64,000 nt of DNA. It comes from an uncultured cyanobacterium (GTDB taxonomy: Bacteria; Cyanobacteriota; Cyanobacteriia; Cyanobacteriales; Cyanobacteriaceae). Shown piece by piece: positions 43,812-54,104 of this stretch. Where the stretch lies: contig CAVQBA010000004.1 in the NCBI GenBank assembly GCA_963710605.1, positions 352,001 to 416,000 on the forward strand. Direction: 5' to 3'. The position numbers were made by a program, and so were the translations under genes. Under the pieces are notes generated by a model, which saw only the letters and a list, made by a program, of their open reading frames with translations, had not been told where the DNA came from and searched no databases. How positions within the stretch are numbered: the stretch's first letter is position 1; each line of letters begins with the position of its first letter.

Positions 43812-44825
43812 TTAATTTTTCTCCCATTTATTTAAAATATCTTCGATCAAGATTTCTCGTAACCAAACTTGAGCAACGACAATGATAGGAAGGGCAAGAA
43901 ATAATCCGAGTAATCCAAAAAAAGTGGCAAAAGCAACTTGAGACAAAAGGGCAAAGGCTGGAAGTAGAGACACTTGCTTTTTCATCACTAAAGGAGTGAG
44001 GATATTACTCTCTATTTGTTGAATTATGATGTATAAAATTATGACTGCTCCCGCTTTCCAAGGTGCTTCTAGTAAACCTAAAGCCATTGGCGGAATAACA
44101 CTAACGACTGGCCCTATATTAGGAATAAAGGTCAAAATTCCTGCAATAACAGCATTAGTTAAGGGAAGAGGTACTCCTAGCAACCACAAACCCAAACCAC
44201 TCAAAATGCTAATTACGCCAATATTAAATAAAACCCCAATAAACCAGCCCATCAAAGCTTCTTCTGTCTCTGTTAAAATTTCATCAGCACGACGACGATA
44301 AAATGAGGGGAATAATAATAATGCTACACGGCGATAGGATTGAGGACTCGAAACCATCATAATAATAACGACAATCACCAGTAAAAAGTTGAGGAAAAAG
44401 GTCAGAGTACTGGAAAAAAAGTCAAATATTCCTCCTGATGACGGTGTTAACCTTTCTAATCTTAATTGTAAACTATCGATATCCTCTAATAGTTGGCTGG
44501 GGATTAAATTTTGTAATTCGAGGAGTCTTTGTTGCACTCTTTCAAGCGCTTGAGGAAAACTCTCAACAATTTGAGGGAGTTGTTCATTAAAAGAAGGAAT
44601 AACGATCGCACCTATACCAATCAAGACTGTACAAACTAAAACTAGAGCAACTATAACGGCAAAGACACGCCTTAGTTTCAACCTCTGAAGTTGCTGTACT
44701 AAACGATTAATCACCGTCGCAAAGAAAATAGCCGCTAAAGCCAGTAGCAATACTGTCCGAATTTTCCAGAGAATATAAATAACGATAAGAAACAACACTG
44801 CACCAACAAATTTACCAAAACTCAA
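43812..44825 (-). CDS. AI-2E family transporter
   Basis: FIPNIGP, QQIESNILTP and FGLLGLFLALP. Confidence 0.92.
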   Translation of the reverse strand: MSFGKFVGAVLFLIVIYILWKIRTVLLLALAAIFFATVINRLVQQLQRLKLRRVFAVIVALVLVCTVLIGIGAIVIPSFNEQLPQIVESFPQALERVQQRLLELQNLIPSQLLEDIDSLQLRLERLTPSSGGIFDFFSSTLTFFLNFLLVIVVIIMMVSSPQSYRRVALLLFPSFYRRRADEILTETEEALMGWFIGVLFNIGVISILSGLGLWLLGVPLPLTNAVIAGILTFIPNIGPVVSVIPPMALGLLEAPWKAGAVIILYIIIQQIESNILTPLVMKKQVSLLPAFALLSQVAFATFFGLLGLFLALPIIVVAQVWLREILIEDILNKWEKN

Positions 44826-45090
44826 GGCTTAATCTCCTGAACTAATGTGCCTATTTCGACTACCTGTATAAAAGAGGCTTAGCACTTATTAGCCTTTAAA
44901 CCCTGCGATTAGAATAGTAGTAAGAGATTAAAATAAGATGATTGACACCACTGATTTTATCTCTGTTTTTACCTATTTTAATTTTTTTGGTGAGTGATCA
45001 TATCAACCGATCGATTGATTAATTGTAGTCAATAGTTATGGCTTTTTATACAGTAGTTATTAGTTTAAAAATAGCTCTGAGCTAAAACTC

Positions 45091-45134
45091 ATTACCCATT
45101 ACCCATTACCCATTACCTATTCCCTATTCCCTAT
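45091..45134. repeat. Heptamer array (ATTACCC/ATTCCCT)n
   Basis: About 6 units downstream of the minus-strand hydrolase. Confidence 0.88.
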
Positions 45135-45146
45135 CTTGTTATTTCA

Positions 45147-45998
45147 CTATTTTAAAAACTGATTAACGATCGATAAATAAGTCGGTGCATCTTCTAACAT
45201 GGGAAAATGTCCTGTTTGCGGAATTTCGACATAAGTAATATATTCTTCATTTAATACCGCCGCCGCTTTACCCATATCAGCAGGAATAATTTGGTCTTTT
45301 TCTCCTGAAACGAGTAAAGTTGGTACTTGTATTTTAGTAAATTCAATCGGCATCACATCTACCGCTTTTTTACTAACAGAAGAATAAATCGTATTTAAAG
45401 CCGCATCATAATCAGCAATCAAAAAATCGTTTAAAAATTCCATACTAATATCTTTAGTAATAGGTTTATTTAAAAATCTTGCCATGAACATTTTGTCCAC
45501 AAAAGGTACTTTTAAAAACCAGTTATAACGATATTTAACAACATAACCCCCTGCTTTATGAAATGCGGAGAAAGCTAAAGCATTATAAGTGAAAATTCCA
45601 TTACAAGTTAAAATTGCCTTAATGATTCTTTCAGGGATGAGGTTAAGTAACACTACCCCAATTGATGCCCCCATCGAATGAGCATTAATATAGACTTTAT
45701 CTAAATCAAGAGTATCCAATAAAAGAATAAAGTCTTGAGCGTAATCTTCTAATTCGTAACCAATTGCAACTTCATTCTCCAGATTTTGCTTAGATTGCCC
45801 AAAACCTCTCATATCGTATAGTAAACAATCAAAATCGGCGACGATCGCTTCTGCTGTGGTACGCCAGTATTTACAAGAACCACCCCAACCATGAATAAAA
45901 ACCATCACGGGTTTAGCTACATCACTCGGTTGACGAATCCATTCGTAATAATGGTCAACACCTCTAATATTAACTGTACTTTGTCGATCGATAAGCAT
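45147..45998 (-). CDS. Alpha/beta hydrolase
   Basis: HGWGGS, DMRGFGQS, nucleophile elbow AHSMG, GEKD and GHFP. Confidence 0.9.
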   Translation of the reverse strand: MLIDRQSTVNIRGVDHYYEWIRQPSDVAKPVMVFIHGWGGSCKYWRTTAEAIVADFDCLLYDMRGFGQSKQNLENEVAIGYELEDYAQDFILLLDTLDLDKVYINAHSMGASIGVVLLNLIPERIIKAILTCNGIFTYNALAFSAFHKAGGYVVKYRYNWFLKVPFVDKMFMARFLNKPITKDISMEFLNDFLIADYDAALNTIYSSVSKKAVDVMPIEFTKIQVPTLLVSGEKDQIIPADMGKAAAVLNEEYITYVEIPQTGHFPMLEDAPTYLSIVNQFLK

Positions 45999-46025
45999 AT
46001 GTATTTAATGAAAAAAGAGCTAAAT

Positions 46026-46787
46026 TTAATTGCCTTGAATTGACTTAACTGTTTGCATTACTAGTAAAGGATTTTCTGAATTAGAATTAGAAATTTTTTT
46101 ACGAGGAATATTCAAAGGTTGTGAATTAGTCAAAGATAATTTTTCTAGGCTAAGATCAATCTTAGCCAAAATCACAGGTTCAAACTCCAGATTTTTCATT
46201 AATCTTAAATATTCTTCTAACTCATTTACTTGTTGAGGGTTAAGTTGGTTATCTTGCCACAAATTCATAACTTGATTTATTACCCACAACCGACGCATAG
46301 GCGAATCATCACTTAATTGCTGAATCAATTGATCAAAACTAAGGGGTAAACTACTTTCGGTTTGACTAGAAGAAGAAGAAAAAAATAGTTGTTTAGTTAA
46401 AAATGTAATACCTAAACCACCGAAAACAGTTTGCATAATCACAAAAAATGCTAACCAATGATAATCTAATTGGCTATAAACGATCGACGAAAAATAAATA
46501 AAAACAGAAGCAATGCCCGCAATAGTTGCCGATGAAAATAATGGTTTTTGATTAGAAATCGAAATTTTCTTTAAGTAACGCAGATAATAATCAAACGAAT
46601 TAGTTTTTACCTGATAGCTAACCATCATCGCTACCATAAAAGTAGTCGTGGCTAAAATTAATTTAAAATCACCGACACTAAAACTTAACCCTAAGAGAAA
46701 TAAATATAAATTTTTACGCAAGACAGGCTTTAAATATCGATCGAAGAATAGATTATAGACTGCAAAATTATTATTTTCGCTTAGCAT
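46026..46787 (-). CDS. Hypothetical membrane protein
   Basis: 253-aa ORF with about 4 hydrophobic segments and a soluble C-terminus. Confidence 0.6.
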   Translation of the reverse strand: MLSENNNFAVYNLFFDRYLKPVLRKNLYLFLLGLSFSVGDFKLILATTTFMVAMMVSYQVKTNSFDYYLRYLKKISISNQKPLFSSATIAGIASVFIYFSSIVYSQLDYHWLAFFVIMQTVFGGLGITFLTKQLFFSSSSSQTESSLPLSFDQLIQQLSDDSPMRRLWVINQVMNLWQDNQLNPQQVNELEEYLRLMKNLEFEPVILAKIDLSLEKLSLTNSQPLNIPRKKISNSNSENPLLVMQTVKSIQGN

Positions 46788-47037
46788 TTTAGTGGAGTAG
46801 TTGAACTTGAAAGATAACTAGTAACGTCAACACTTAAAAAATAAAATTGGTGGAAACGTTGAAAACTTTTGTTTTAATCAAAACATTGGTTAACCAAGAC
46901 CAGATTATCATAACATGATTTTATTTTAGAGCAATTATCTCATATTTTTTGCCCCAATAAAATAGAGACGCAAAATCTTCACGTCTCTACATAGTTAAAA
47001 GTTAAAAGTTAAGAGTTAAAAATTTTAAATTCTTATT

Positions 47038-48396
47038 TTATTCAGCCGTTTTTTCTGAAAGTTCGGGAGATTCATCCTTAAAGACGACTTTCAATAATGG
47101 TGGGGCGACAAAAGTTGTGGTAATAACCATCACAATAATCGCCGCTTCAGTTGCAGGAGATAAAGCACCACTTGCCGAGCCAACTCCAGCAAAAACTAAA
47201 CCAACTTCACCACGAGGAATCATACCAACACCGATCGCTAATTTGTTGATATTCTCTTCTCCCCAGATAGTAAAACCAGCAACAACTTTACCAATAATCG
47301 CCACGACAATTAAAAATGAAGCTAAAACTAAACCTTCACGGTTACTAGGCACAGCAGGATTCAAGACACTTAAATCTGTTTTAGCACCAACACAGACAAA
47401 AAAGATCGGTACAAAAAAGTCAGCTAAAGGAATAATTTGCTCTTCTAATTCTTTTCTTTTCTCGGTTTCGGCTAATACTAAACCTGCGGCAAATGCACCC
47501 AAAATACCTTCTAATTGAATAATATTAGCAATATAAGCTAAGGTAAAAGCAAAAATCAATCCGACAATCAAAATATCTCCTCTTGTCTTCATTTGCTTAA
47601 CTATGGCGATTAACCAAGGGCTAATGACACGCCCTAGCAAGATAGTACCAATTAAAAAAGTACCTGCACTAATAATTAGATAGATAATTTGACTAACTTG
47701 TACTTCACCCGTCTTGGCTAAACTACCGACAACCGCCAAAATGATAATACCGAGAATATCATCTAAAACTGCCGCCCCGATAATAATTTGCCCTTCTTTC
47801 GAGCTTAGTTTACCTAACTCAGCTAATACTTTAGCTGTAATACCAATACTAGTTGCAGTTAGTGCCGCACCTGCAAATACAGCAGGAATAATAGGTACAT
47901 TAAATAAGTAAACTAAACCGGCAGTACCTAAAGAAAATGGTGTCACAACCCCAGCCACAGCAACGATCGCCGCTGATGGCCATACTCTGATTAATTCTTT
48001 AAGATCTGATTCTAAACCAATTTCAAATAAAAGAATAATTACACCAAGCTCGGATAATACCGAAATCACTTCACTGATACTATCAAAAGTTGCCTCTGAA
48101 GCACCTGGTGTTAAACTCGCTGTTGTTTGTAATAAATTGATAATTAAAGAATCTTCGCCCGATAAGCCTCCTTCAGGAAAGACTAATAATTTTAAAGCCG
48201 ATACCCCAATAACAACCCCACCGACTAATTCTCCTAATACAGCAGGAAGACTTACTCTTGAACATAATTCTCCTCCTAGCTTACTAGCAAAATAGATGAT
48301 GACAAGGCTTAATAATACTCCTGCTAAAACGATCGAAGGATTAGCCACTTCGGTTTCAGTTGCCGCTACTGCAAAAATAGGATGAACCCAATTCAT
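47038..48396 (-). CDS. Na+/H+ antiporter (CPA2, NhaS3-like)
   Basis: LFEIGLESD, ATSIGIT, GAAVLDDILG and GMIPRGEVGL. Confidence 0.92.
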   Translation of the reverse strand: MNWVHPIFAVAATETEVANPSIVLAGVLLSLVIIYFASKLGGELCSRVSLPAVLGELVGGVVIGVSALKLLVFPEGGLSGEDSLIINLLQTTASLTPGASEATFDSISEVISVLSELGVIILLFEIGLESDLKELIRVWPSAAIVAVAGVVTPFSLGTAGLVYLFNVPIIPAVFAGAALTATSIGITAKVLAELGKLSSKEGQIIIGAAVLDDILGIIILAVVGSLAKTGEVQVSQIIYLIISAGTFLIGTILLGRVISPWLIAIVKQMKTRGDILIVGLIFAFTLAYIANIIQLEGILGAFAAGLVLAETEKRKELEEQIIPLADFFVPIFFVCVGAKTDLSVLNPAVPSNREGLVLASFLIVVAIIGKVVAGFTIWGEENINKLAIGVGMIPRGEVGLVFAGVGSASGALSPATEAAIIVMVITTTFVAPPLLKVVFKDESPELSEKTAE

Positions 48397-48518
48397 AGAT
48401 TTTTTTTAATAGTTAGTTAAGTTATTATAATGTTTTCACTATGGTTAGTGATCATGTCCACTGTACCTTATCTTGGTGACAATTTGCTAGTTAAAATGTT
48501 ACGGATGAACACAACAAT

Positions 48519-48632
48519 GAGTTAAAAGTTAAGAGTTAAAAGTTAAGAGTTAAAAGTTAAGAGTTCTTAATAGCTCTAAGCTCTAAGCTCTAAACTAATT
48601 ATTAATTATTAATTATTAATTATTAATTACTC
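48519..48632. repeat. Compound heptamer arrays (AGTTAAR, GCTCTAA, TAATTAT)
   Basis: Three 7-nt-period blocks. Confidence 0.88.
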
Positions 48633-48638
48633 ATTGTT

Positions 48639-49160
48639 TCAGCTATTGAGAAACGAATTAAGTTGTTCAAATTTATCTTCGTAGATTTTTATCTCAGCAT
48701 TTTCGTCTTCTTTAAGATAAAGCGATCGTCTAATTTGCCCTAAATAAAGAGGATAAGTATATCCGTCTTGATGAGCTTGTACTCTTGCTCTGACTGTTAA
48801 TTTGGTATCATTATCCACAGCCGTTCTACCATAAGAAAATAGATTGACGGCGGCTTGTTCTAATGTGGCTTCTAATTGGGTAGGAGTAATATCGATCGGT
48901 ACAGTAATCACGGCTTGATTTGCTCCTGTGTCGTAAACAAGGTTGTATTGAGTAGCGTTAGGAATAACGACTCGACCAAATAAGCCTAAACTAAGACCAA
49001 ATAAGCCAACGGTTAATACACCCATAAATCCTGTGATACCAACAAAACGGAAACGTGTACCCCACTTAAAGATAAATCCAAGTATTGCCAGTACGAAAAA
49101 AGCGATCGTCACATATAATGACCATAAACTATAAGCACCAAAATCTAAATCAAAATTCAT
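48639..49160 (-). CDS. ycf51: Ycf51 family protein
   Basis: WGTRFRFVGITGFMGVL, YDTGANQAVI and LEQAAVNLFSYGR. Confidence 0.85.
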   Translation of the reverse strand: MNFDLDFGAYSLWSLYVTIAFFVLAILGFIFKWGTRFRFVGITGFMGVLTVGLFGLSLGLFGRVVIPNATQYNLVYDTGANQAVITVPIDITPTQLEATLEQAAVNLFSYGRTAVDNDTKLTVRARVQAHQDGYTYPLYLGQIRRSLYLKEDENAEIKIYEDKFEQLNSFLNS

Positions 49161-49251
49161 TTTGTTGATCGTTTTATTTTATTGCTTTAATTTTATCTGA
49201 AGATGTCTGTTGATCATTAATAATTGATCATTAATAATTAATAATTGTTCT

Positions 49252-49998
49252 GTGCTCACCGTTTTTATGGCTAACAAACATTCTACTTGGCGTTTGATAC
49301 CTTTACTTCATGCTAATGGTGAGTTACAAATGTCGATCGATAATTGGTTACTTGATCAACATCTTCATCACAATCATCCGCCTACTTTAAGATTCTATAC
49401 TTGGAATCCTCCTGCTATTTCTTTAGGTGTTAGTCAAAAACGACGTTTTCCAACCCATTGGCAAAATATCCACCATCATGGTCAATTAATTGATATTGTA
49501 GAGCGTCCTAGTGGTGGGCGTGGTGTCTTGCATCAAGGAGATTTAACTTATACTATTGTTACCTCTGGTTGTGAGGGCAATTTAGACCAAGTTTATCGTT
49601 ATTTATGTCAATTTTTAATTTTAGGTTGGCAAAAGTTAGGGGTTAACTTACATTTTGGGCAACCACAAAGACAATATCTTAAATCGAATAACTGTTTTGC
49701 TTTAGCAACTAATGCGGATTTAGTTGACAATCGAGGTAACAAGTTTATTGGTAGTGCCCAACTCAAAAAAGGTAAGTATATATTACAACATGGTTCGATG
49801 GTTTTAAATCCCGATCGAGATTTATATCAAAAAGTCTTTCCTTCTTCTAAGATGACATTCAGTCAAATTAATCATAATTTATCCATAGAAACGATCGTTA
49901 ATACTTTAGTCGAGACTGCTACAGAATACTTTAATTGTGAATTAGTTAGTCAACCTTTACAAGTTCAGGAGTTAGAGCAAATAATTTTAAGTTTTTAA
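49252..49998 (+). CDS. Lipoate-protein ligase A family protein
   Basis: LRFYTW, RPSGGRGVLH, KFIGSAQ and LQHGS. Confidence 0.9.
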   Translation: MLTVFMANKHSTWRLIPLLHANGELQMSIDNWLLDQHLHHNHPPTLRFYTWNPPAISLGVSQKRRFPTHWQNIHHHGQLIDIVERPSGGRGVLHQGDLTYTIVTSGCEGNLDQVYRYLCQFLILGWQKLGVNLHFGQPQRQYLKSNNCFALATNADLVDNRGNKFIGSAQLKKGKYILQHGSMVLNPDRDLYQKVFPSSKMTFSQINHNLSIETIVNTLVETATEYFNCELVSQPLQVQELEQIILSF

Positions 49999-50031
49999 TT
50001 GTCTTAACTATTATCACTTTACTATCATTTA

Positions 50032-50343
50032 TTACTCTACTTCCATATTACCGACAACAAATGCGGTAAAGGCAAAAGCCAAAACCAAAGGCATTGGACA
50101 ATTGGTCAAATAACTAAAAATACCACCAAATAAACTGACAGAGATAGTAATTAAAACCCAAAATCTTTCTTGAGGAGATAATCCTTTATCGGCTTTAATT
50201 TCAATTAATGTTTCTTTAGGAATTGGTAAAGGCATAACTGCATGAGGAGGAAAAGCCCAGTAATCTGTACACTCTAAAAACCAATCACTCCATCCATTAT
50301 TTTCGCACCACTCTTGAATCCAGTCATCGCAAAAATGTTTCAT
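50032..50343 (-). CDS. Conserved cyanobacterial hypothetical protein
   Basis: WIQEWCENNGW..YWAFPPHAVMPLPIP motif and two C-terminal hydrophobic helices. Confidence 0.75.
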   Translation of the reverse strand: MKHFCDDWIQEWCENNGWSDWFLECTDYWAFPPHAVMPLPIPKETLIEIKADKGLSPQERFWVLITISVSLFGGIFSYLTNCPMPLVLAFAFTAFVVGNMEVE

Positions 50344-50651
50344 TCTTTAAGTTATAATTTTTATGCTCATTTCTTTTACTTCTTATTTTCAGGTTATCAA
50401 ATCTTTTTAAGGACGAGATATTTTGTTTATCAAATGTAATATTTCGATTATTTTAAGCATATATACTTATGTAAAAAGTCCTAAAATAACTATGTCTAAT
50501 TATTAAGTATTATTTAATCAACTACATATTATTAAGTGTTATTTAATCAATATTTTTCTTTCAAGATAAAAATTAGTTATTTATTCGCCCGAGAAAATAA
50601 GTTATCATGATCAAACTCGATCGAGTTTGAATTAGACATTTATTTATCACA

Positions 50652-51341
50652 ATGAGCAACAAAAACACTACAGCCAATAAAAATAAATCAGTTAACAGGG
50701 GTAAATCAGCTCAAAGAATAGCTAGAATATTAGCCTTACTGAGTATTAGTCAACTTAGAGGTAAAACAGATAAACTTGGAGATTTTGAAATAGAAGATTT
50801 GTTGTTAAAAACAACTCGGACTCTAACTTTAGAAGTTAAAATGGCACTAGAAACCGCAGCTGATGAGTTAAATCGTAGTAATACTCAATTAATAAAAAGC
50901 GAAACTAGGACGAATAATATAACTACTGCTCGTAATATGCTTAAAGAGTCGATTAATTTGACTCAAAATGCAATTAATAATTTAGGTGAAATACTTGATA
51001 TTCCTAATTTTGTTCAAGTATCTAATCGAAGAGAAGTTAAAGATTATGCCAACAGATTAATTAAACTTGTTCAAGAAAATGAACAAGAAGTTAATGAGCT
51101 AATTGAAGAAGTAATGGTAGGTTGGAGTTTAGCTAGATTAACTCAGGTGGATGGAAACATTATTCGTATTTGCGTGACGGAAATGTTATATTTAAATTTA
51201 GCTCATAGAATAGCGATCGATGAAGCTATAGAAATTGCTAAAGAATATTCTGATGAAGATGGTCATCGTTTTATTAATGGTGTCTTGAGAAAAGTAAGCG
51301 ATCAAATGAATCAGAAAACCAATAATGTCGAAATCGTCTAA
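50652..51341 (+). CDS. nusB: Transcription antitermination factor NusB (cyanobacterial type)
   Basis: GWSLARL..VD..IIR, IAIDEAIEIAKEYS and FINGVLR. Confidence 0.9.
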   Translation: MSNKNTTANKNKSVNRGKSAQRIARILALLSISQLRGKTDKLGDFEIEDLLLKTTRTLTLEVKMALETAADELNRSNTQLIKSETRTNNITTARNMLKESINLTQNAINNLGEILDIPNFVQVSNRREVKDYANRLIKLVQENEQEVNELIEEVMVGWSLARLTQVDGNIIRICVTEMLYLNLAHRIAIDEAIEIAKEYSDEDGHRFINGVLRKVSDQMNQKTNNVEIV

Positions 51342-51473
51342 TTAGTTCGAGTAGTCAATTATTTGAGGGTTATATTTATCGATTCAGTTCGGGTGATGAG
51401 AGTTTAAAATCTGAACATGGGTGGAAAATATTTTACTTGATATTTGTTTGGGGTTCAGATTAAATTTTAAATT

Positions 51474-52493
51474 TTAAATATTATCAATTTCGATCGCATT
51501 TTTAGTTTTAGAATTTAAAGACTTAGTCAATGCGTTATTTGCTACTTCAATTAAAAGAGTCGGTGGCAAACCTTGAGTTGGGATACCATTAGCAATACCA
51601 ATACTAAAACTCATATATTCACTTAAATTACAATAATTATGAGGTATTTTTAAATCATCTAATTCGGTTTGAATTTTTTCAGCGACGGCTTTTGCACCTT
51701 CAGAAGCTGTATTAGGTAATAAAATGGCAAATTTACCCTGATCTAAATTAGCAACCAAATCACCCGGTCTTTTAACGATCGTAGTTAAAGCTTCTGAGAC
51801 TAATTCTAAGCAATTTTGAACTAACTGAGCTTCATGATAATCTTGGTAAGAATCAAAGTTATTTAACTGTGCCACAATCACAGAAATATTAGCTTGAGTA
51901 ACATCACCAAAAGAAGAGCGTTGACGAGCACCCCTCAACCATTCTTTTTCTAAAGTTTGTTCAAATTTTTGTTGGTTAGCAAAAATATTTTCTTGATCTT
52001 TTTGAGTTAAATTATTTAACTTTAGTTGTGTTTTTTCTAAAGCTAATTTTAATTTCTTATAGTAAGGAATTAGCTTCTGTAATTGGCTTGTTTTTTCTTT
52101 TAACTGCTCTTGAAGAGTTTTAATCTGAAATTGATTATCTATTTTGTTTAATATCTCTATAGAGCTAAAGGGATAATTAATATAATCAGAAGCTCCCGCA
52201 TTAAACATCATTTCTTTTGCTAGTAAATCTTGTTTACCATTAATAAAAATAATTGGAATATTTTCAGCTAAATTTGATGACTTAATTGTTTGGCAAATTG
52301 AATAGATATTTTTTTGTTTACTTAAATTATCGCTGATTAAAATTACATCAGGATATTCATTTTCAATTAATTTTATCAGTTCTAATTCGTCTTCGGTAAT
52401 AATTACTTTATAGTTAGCAGTTTTTAATATTCTTGTAAATAGTGCAAGTTGTTCTTGATCATTATCTAAAATCAAAACTCTTTTTTTTATCAT
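51474..52493 (-). CDS. Receiver + GGDEF protein (PleD-like), both domains degenerate
   Basis: REC fold (GASDYINYPF) and GGDEF fold, with LDQGKF in place of GGEEF and the RPGD I-site present. Confidence 0.85.
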   Translation of the reverse strand: MIKKRVLILDNDQEQLALFTRILKTANYKVIITEDELELIKLIENEYPDVILISDNLSKQKNIYSICQTIKSSNLAENIPIIFINGKQDLLAKEMMFNAGASDYINYPFSSIEILNKIDNQFQIKTLQEQLKEKTSQLQKLIPYYKKLKLALEKTQLKLNNLTQKDQENIFANQQKFEQTLEKEWLRGARQRSSFGDVTQANISVIVAQLNNFDSYQDYHEAQLVQNCLELVSEALTTIVKRPGDLVANLDQGKFAILLPNTASEGAKAVAEKIQTELDDLKIPHNYCNLSEYMSFSIGIANGIPTQGLPPTLLIEVANNALTKSLNSKTKNAIEIDNI

Positions 52494-52912
52494 AGATTTT
52501 ATATTCCAAATAATTTATTTTAACTTATTTAATCACCTTCATCTTAATTTTTAGTGATGATAAATATAGATATTACCCATTATTTATCAAGAAAACCAAC
52601 TTTTTAAATAACAGCTACACAGAATTAATAATCACAAAAATAATCATTCCTTAGTGGCAAGTTAAGAAAAAAGAAAACAGTCAAATCAAAAAATAAAGTC
52701 AAAATAAAGCTTAGAAAATAACTAAATAATGAGCCAAAATAAGTCACAGATATTCTCGAAACCTAAATTAAATTGTCAAGCTAAATGTACTGACACTTGA
52801 TAATTTGGTGCTAAAGAAGATGTAAGCTTGAGAGATGATAATGAAGGTAAATAGAGTAAAGGTGAGTAATATGATAGAAGTAAAAAATAGACCTTAAATA
52901 GAGATCACAACT

Positions 52913-53002
52913 ATGATTGATTTATACACTTGGACAATACCTAATGGTTTTAAAATTCCGATTCTTTTAGAAAAATTAGGATGGGCAAAATCTGAATGCT
53001 GA
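52913..53002 (+). pseudogene. Truncated duplicate of the GST N-terminus
   Basis: MIDLYTWTIPNGFKIPILLEKLGWAKSEC* versus MIDLYTWTTPNGYKIPILLEELGW at 54105. Confidence 0.85.
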
Positions 53003-53093
53003 TAGCAATTATTTCATCATTTATTTGCCCATTATCCTCTTATTTGTTGACACGATCGTCTTAAATTTCAAAAGCAAGTTTGCCAATTGAAGT

Positions 53094-53384
53094 TTAAATA
53101 GGGTTATGGCTGTAGATTCTCAATCCCACAAAACTGACTAATACGATCGCACCCAATAATCGGCGAAAATAATTAACGCCCTGAAATAATTCAAGCCACG
53201 CCCAAGTAAACAAACTACCAAAAGCAATTAAGTCTAATGCTATATTGGTCAAACCACTGTCAAAAACTAGCTTGAGCAAACTAGCTACACCCCAAAGGAT
53301 GACGGGTGGGTTTGGTGGTTGGGCGATGACAATATTACCATCGCTATCTCGGAAGAATTTATCGAATAATGTCTCTTTTTCCAT
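53094..53384 (-). CDS. Small membrane protein, unknown function
   Basis: G.IVIAQPPNPP and WAWLELFQGVNYFRRLLG motifs. Confidence 0.75.
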   Translation of the reverse strand: MEKETLFDKFFRDSDGNIVIAQPPNPPVILWGVASLLKLVFDSGLTNIALDLIAFGSLFTWAWLELFQGVNYFRRLLGAIVLVSFVGLRIYSHNPI

Positions 53385-54104
53385 GATCTTTTTTTTTAGT
53401 GCTTATCATTCAGTTTTACAATTTGAACAGAGATACACATGATCCTAAAGAAAGATTTTTCGTAAATTGATTTCTACCTCGATCGTATTGCTTCAATAAT
53501 TCACTAAAGTAAAACTATTTTCCTTATCACCATATTGTTCTTTTCCAAATTAGACAGATAATATAGTTAGTTGTCTAAATTAAGTTTGAGACAGTATAAA
53601 AACAGTATCAAAAAGAATATAAAACCTGCCTTGCAATAAATTGAGAAGGCTAATAAACACCGTTTAAAACTACTCACGGAACGATACTCGAATTAATTTT
53701 TATTTAATTAAACTATATTTTAGTAAATAATCTTATCGTTAATTAAAACAATCCCTGTAGTTGTCCAGAAGGTAAGTTGATTATTCTATCGGTGATGTCG
53801 ATGTTGTATTGAGGTGAGGTAGAAAAGTTGACCAGATTTGGTTTACGCTATTATTTAGAGCGATGTCTTGGTTTAGTCGAGTGGTTTTTGACAATACTAT
53901 TATGCCCGATGGAAGCGTAAATAGTTGACTAGAAAATAAGCTATTAAAATTATTAGTAATTCTCACTCAATATAAAGGTGCAAACCTTGCACCCCTACAA
54001 AAAAATCTACAAGTTAACTTGGATAGGTACTTAATCCGATCGGGAATAAACCTTGATAATATACTAAAAGTTAGAAATACAACTGATAACTTAAATCACA
54101 AACT

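Noticed and set aside
44026-47911. Antisense ORFs 44026-44301, 47117-47518 and 47714-47911, and similar short shadow ORFs elsewhere
   Set aside because: They overlap well-supported genes and have no recognisable motifs; such ORFs are expected opposite hydrophobic proteins.
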